Assembly (NCBI GenBank): GCA_041497895.1
Contig: JBGQHJ010000171.1
Location: forward strand, 1 to 9,879
Length of the DNA stretch: 9,879 nucleotides
Origin: Candidatus Methylomirabilia bacterium
Lineage (GTDB): Bacteria; Methylomirabilota; Methylomirabilia; Rokubacteriales; CSP1-6
Direction of reading: 5' to 3'
Both the position numbers and the translations under genes were made by a program. This document shows, piece by piece, positions 6,347 to 9,879 of the stretch (positions are counted from its first letter, which is position 1; every line of letters begins with the position of its first letter). The notes beneath the pieces are model-generated. The model did not search any database, had not been told where the DNA came from, and saw only the letters and a program-made list of their open reading frames with translations.

Positions 6347-8586
6347 TGCCGCTCACCCGCCGCCCGGACCGGCTCGACGAGCAGGAGAAGCGAAAGCGCA
6401 ACCTGCTCATCATCGCGGGCATCCTGATCCTGCTCGTGGTGGCCACCGTGTTCGAGGTGGGCATCCGCGCGCCCCAGATCCCCTTCGCCTCGAACCTCAT
6501 CGTCTTCTTCCTCTTCAACCTGAACCTGATCGTCTTCCTGCTGCTGCTGGTGCTGCTGTTCCGCAACCTGGTCAAGCTCTCCTTCGAGCGCCGGCACAAG
6601 ATCATCGGGTCCCGCTTCAAGGCCAAGCTCGTCCTCACCTTCCTGGCCCTGGCCCTGGTGCCCGGCATCCTCATCTTCCTGATCGCGTCCAACTTCATCA
6701 CCACCTCGATCGAGGGCTGGTTCAAGCCCCAGGTGGAGCGGCCGCTCGACCAGGCGATGGAGGTGGCCCAGACCTACTACCAGGGGCTCGAGGGCACCGC
6801 CCTCCGCCACGGGCGCTACATGTCCAAGGTGATCGAGCGTGAAGGGCTGCTTGCCGAGAGCAAGCGCGAGAGCCTCGCCGGCTATCTGGCCGAGCAGCAG
6901 GATCGGCTCGGGGTCGCCGCCATCACCATCTTCAACCGCGAGGGGCAGGAGCTGGTCCACGTCAAGAACCCGGTCCTGGCCAAGGTCCCGACCCGCGAGG
7001 CCAACAGCGAGCACGTGAAGCAGGCGCTCGGCGGACAGGAGATCACCACCGTCCACGAGCTGGACAACGGGGACATGATCCAGGCCATGGTGCCGATCCG
7101 CGACGGCGAGCAGGTCGCCGCCGCGATGGTGGTGGCCATCCACGTGACCCAGCGCCTGGAAGCGCGGCTGCGCAACATCACCCAGGCCTTCCAGGAGTAC
7201 AAGCAGCTCCGGCTCCTCAAGAACCCGATCAAGGGCATCTACATCCTGCTCTTTCTCCTGATGACCCTGATCATCGTCTTCTCGGCCACCTGGTTCGGGC
7301 TCTACCTGGCGCGCGGGATCACCGAGCCGATCCAGATGCTGGCCGAAGGGACGAGAGAAGTCGCGGCGGGCAACCTCGCCTACAAGGTGGAGGTGCGCGC
7401 CGACGACGAGATCGGCATCCTGGTGGATTCCTTCAACCGGATGACCGGCGACCTGGCCGCCTCCCAGTCGAAGCTCGAGGAGACCTACCGGGACCTGCAG
7501 GCCAAGCACACCGAGATGGAGGAGCGCCGCCGCTACACCGAGACGGTGCTGGAGGCGGTCGCCACCGGCGTGGTCTCGCTCGATCCGGACGGCCGCGTCA
7601 CCACCATCAACGGCGCCGCCGAGCGCCTGCTCGGGCTCCACGCCGCGGAGGTCCAGGGCCGCCCCGCCACGGGGGTGTTCCGCTCCCCCGAGTACGTGGA
7701 GATCGACGCGCTGATCCAGCGCATGGGCCGGGTGCGCGAGGGCATGCTCGACCGCGAGGTGCACCTGCGGCGGGACGGCCAGGCGGTGGCCCTGCTGGCC
7801 TCGGCCACCGCGCTGCGCGGGCCGGACGGCGGCTACGTGGGCATGGTGCTCGCCTTCGACGACCTCACCGAGCTGCTCAAGGCGCAGCGGCTGGCCGCCT
7901 GGCGCGAGGTCGCCCAGCGGATCGCGCACGAGATCAAGAACCCGCTCACCCCGATCCAGCTCTCGGCCCAGCGCCTCAGGCGGCGACTCGCCTCCGATCG
8001 GAGCCCGGAAGAGAAGCGACTGCTCGACGAGGCCACCGGCACCATCATCCAGGAGGTCGACGGGCTACGGCAGCTCGTGGACGAGTTCTCCCGCTTCGCG
8101 CGCATGCCCGCGCTCACCCCCAAGCCGACCGATCTGGCCCGGCTCCTGGAGGGCGTGGTGGTGCTCTACCGCGAGTCGCATCCGAGCCTCGCGATCCGCG
8201 CCGTGTTCTCGCCCGACCTGCCACCCATCGAGGTGGACCCGGACCAGATCAAGCGCGCGGTTCTCAACCTGGTGGACAACGCGGTGGAGGCGGTGGGCGG
8301 CACCGGCGAGGTCGTGGTGCAGACGGTCTGGCTCCCCGAGGCCCACCGGGCCCGCATCGTGGTGGCCGACGACGGGCCCGGCATCTCGCCCGACGACCGC
8401 GACCGGCTCTTCGTGCCCTACTTCTCCACCAAGGTCACCGGCATGGGGCTGGGGCTCCCCATCGTCCACCAGATCGTCTCCGACCACGGCGGCACGATCC
8501 GGGTCGAGGACAACGCGCCACACGGCAGCCGCTTCGTCGTCGAGCTGCCCGCCGGGCGCCCGGTGGCCGCGCCGGTGCAGGCCTGA
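6346..8586 (+). CDS. ntrY: NtrY-like membrane sensor histidine kinase (TM-periplasmic-TM-HAMP-PAS-HisKA-HATPase; 746 aa)
   Basis: Three N-terminal hydrophobic helices, a periplasmic domain and a fourth TM. HAMP (ITEPIQMLAEGTREVAAGNL...DEIGILVDSFNRM), PAS (VLEAVATGVVSLDPDGRVTTIN), NtrY-type H-box AWREVAQRIAHEIKNPLTPIQLSAQRL, and N/G1/F/G2 boxes (NLVDNA, DDGPG, FVPYFSTK, GMGLGL). Confidence 0.9.
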   Translation: MPLTRRPDRLDEQEKRKRNLLIIAGILILLVVATVFEVGIRAPQIPFASNLIVFFLFNLNLIVFLLLLVLLFRNLVKLSFERRHKIIGSRFKAKLVLTFLALALVPGILIFLIASNFITTSIEGWFKPQVERPLDQAMEVAQTYYQGLEGTALRHGRYMSKVIEREGLLAESKRESLAGYLAEQQDRLGVAAITIFNREGQELVHVKNPVLAKVPTREANSEHVKQALGGQEITTVHELDNGDMIQAMVPIRDGEQVAAAMVVAIHVTQRLEARLRNITQAFQEYKQLRLLKNPIKGIYILLFLLMTLIIVFSATWFGLYLARGITEPIQMLAEGTREVAAGNLAYKVEVRADDEIGILVDSFNRMTGDLAASQSKLEETYRDLQAKHTEMEERRRYTETVLEAVATGVVSLDPDGRVTTINGAAERLLGLHAAEVQGRPATGVFRSPEYVEIDALIQRMGRVREGMLDREVHLRRDGQAVALLASATALRGPDGGYVGMVLAFDDLTELLKAQRLAAWREVAQRIAHEIKNPLTPIQLSAQRLRRRLASDRSPEEKRLLDEATGTIIQEVDGLRQLVDEFSRFARMPALTPKPTDLARLLEGVVVLYRESHPSLAIRAVFSPDLPPIEVDPDQIKRAVLNLVDNAVEAVGGTGEVVVQTVWLPEAHRARIVVADDGPGISPDDRDRLFVPYFSTKVTGMGLGLPIVHQIVSDHGGTIRVEDNAPHGSRFVVELPAGRPVAAPVQA

Positions 8587-8600
8587 GGCCGAGGGAACCG

Positions 8601-9878
<1,278 letters not shown>

Positions 9879-9879
9879 A

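Overview
High-GC (~70%+) bacterial chromosomal window with ten genes, all on the + strand. Block 1 is a heat-shock/ribosome-modification cluster: hrcA (5'-truncated), grpE, dnaJ, prmA, rsmE and a degenerate archease-like gene, with dnaK missing from its usual slot. Block 2 is lpxC, a DUF4390-like exported protein, an NtrY-like HAMP/PAS histidine kinase and an NtrX-like response regulator (3'-truncated; missed by the ORF track) with an intact sigma54-activating GAFTGA motif. The best signal is the AT-rich spacer at 4559-4717, which holds a complete sigma54 promoter architecture directly before lpxC: paired inverted upstream sites, an IHF-like box and a correctly spaced -24/-12 element. This suggests lipid A entry is controlled by sigma54 and possibly by the adjacent NtrYX-like system (inference). 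Two other spacers share a layout of C-tract/G4 motif, then GCTATAAT, then GCCATGG with no Shine-Dalgarno. Gene content fits a high-GC diderm, possibly Rokubacteria/Methylomirabilota-like, but this is unverified.
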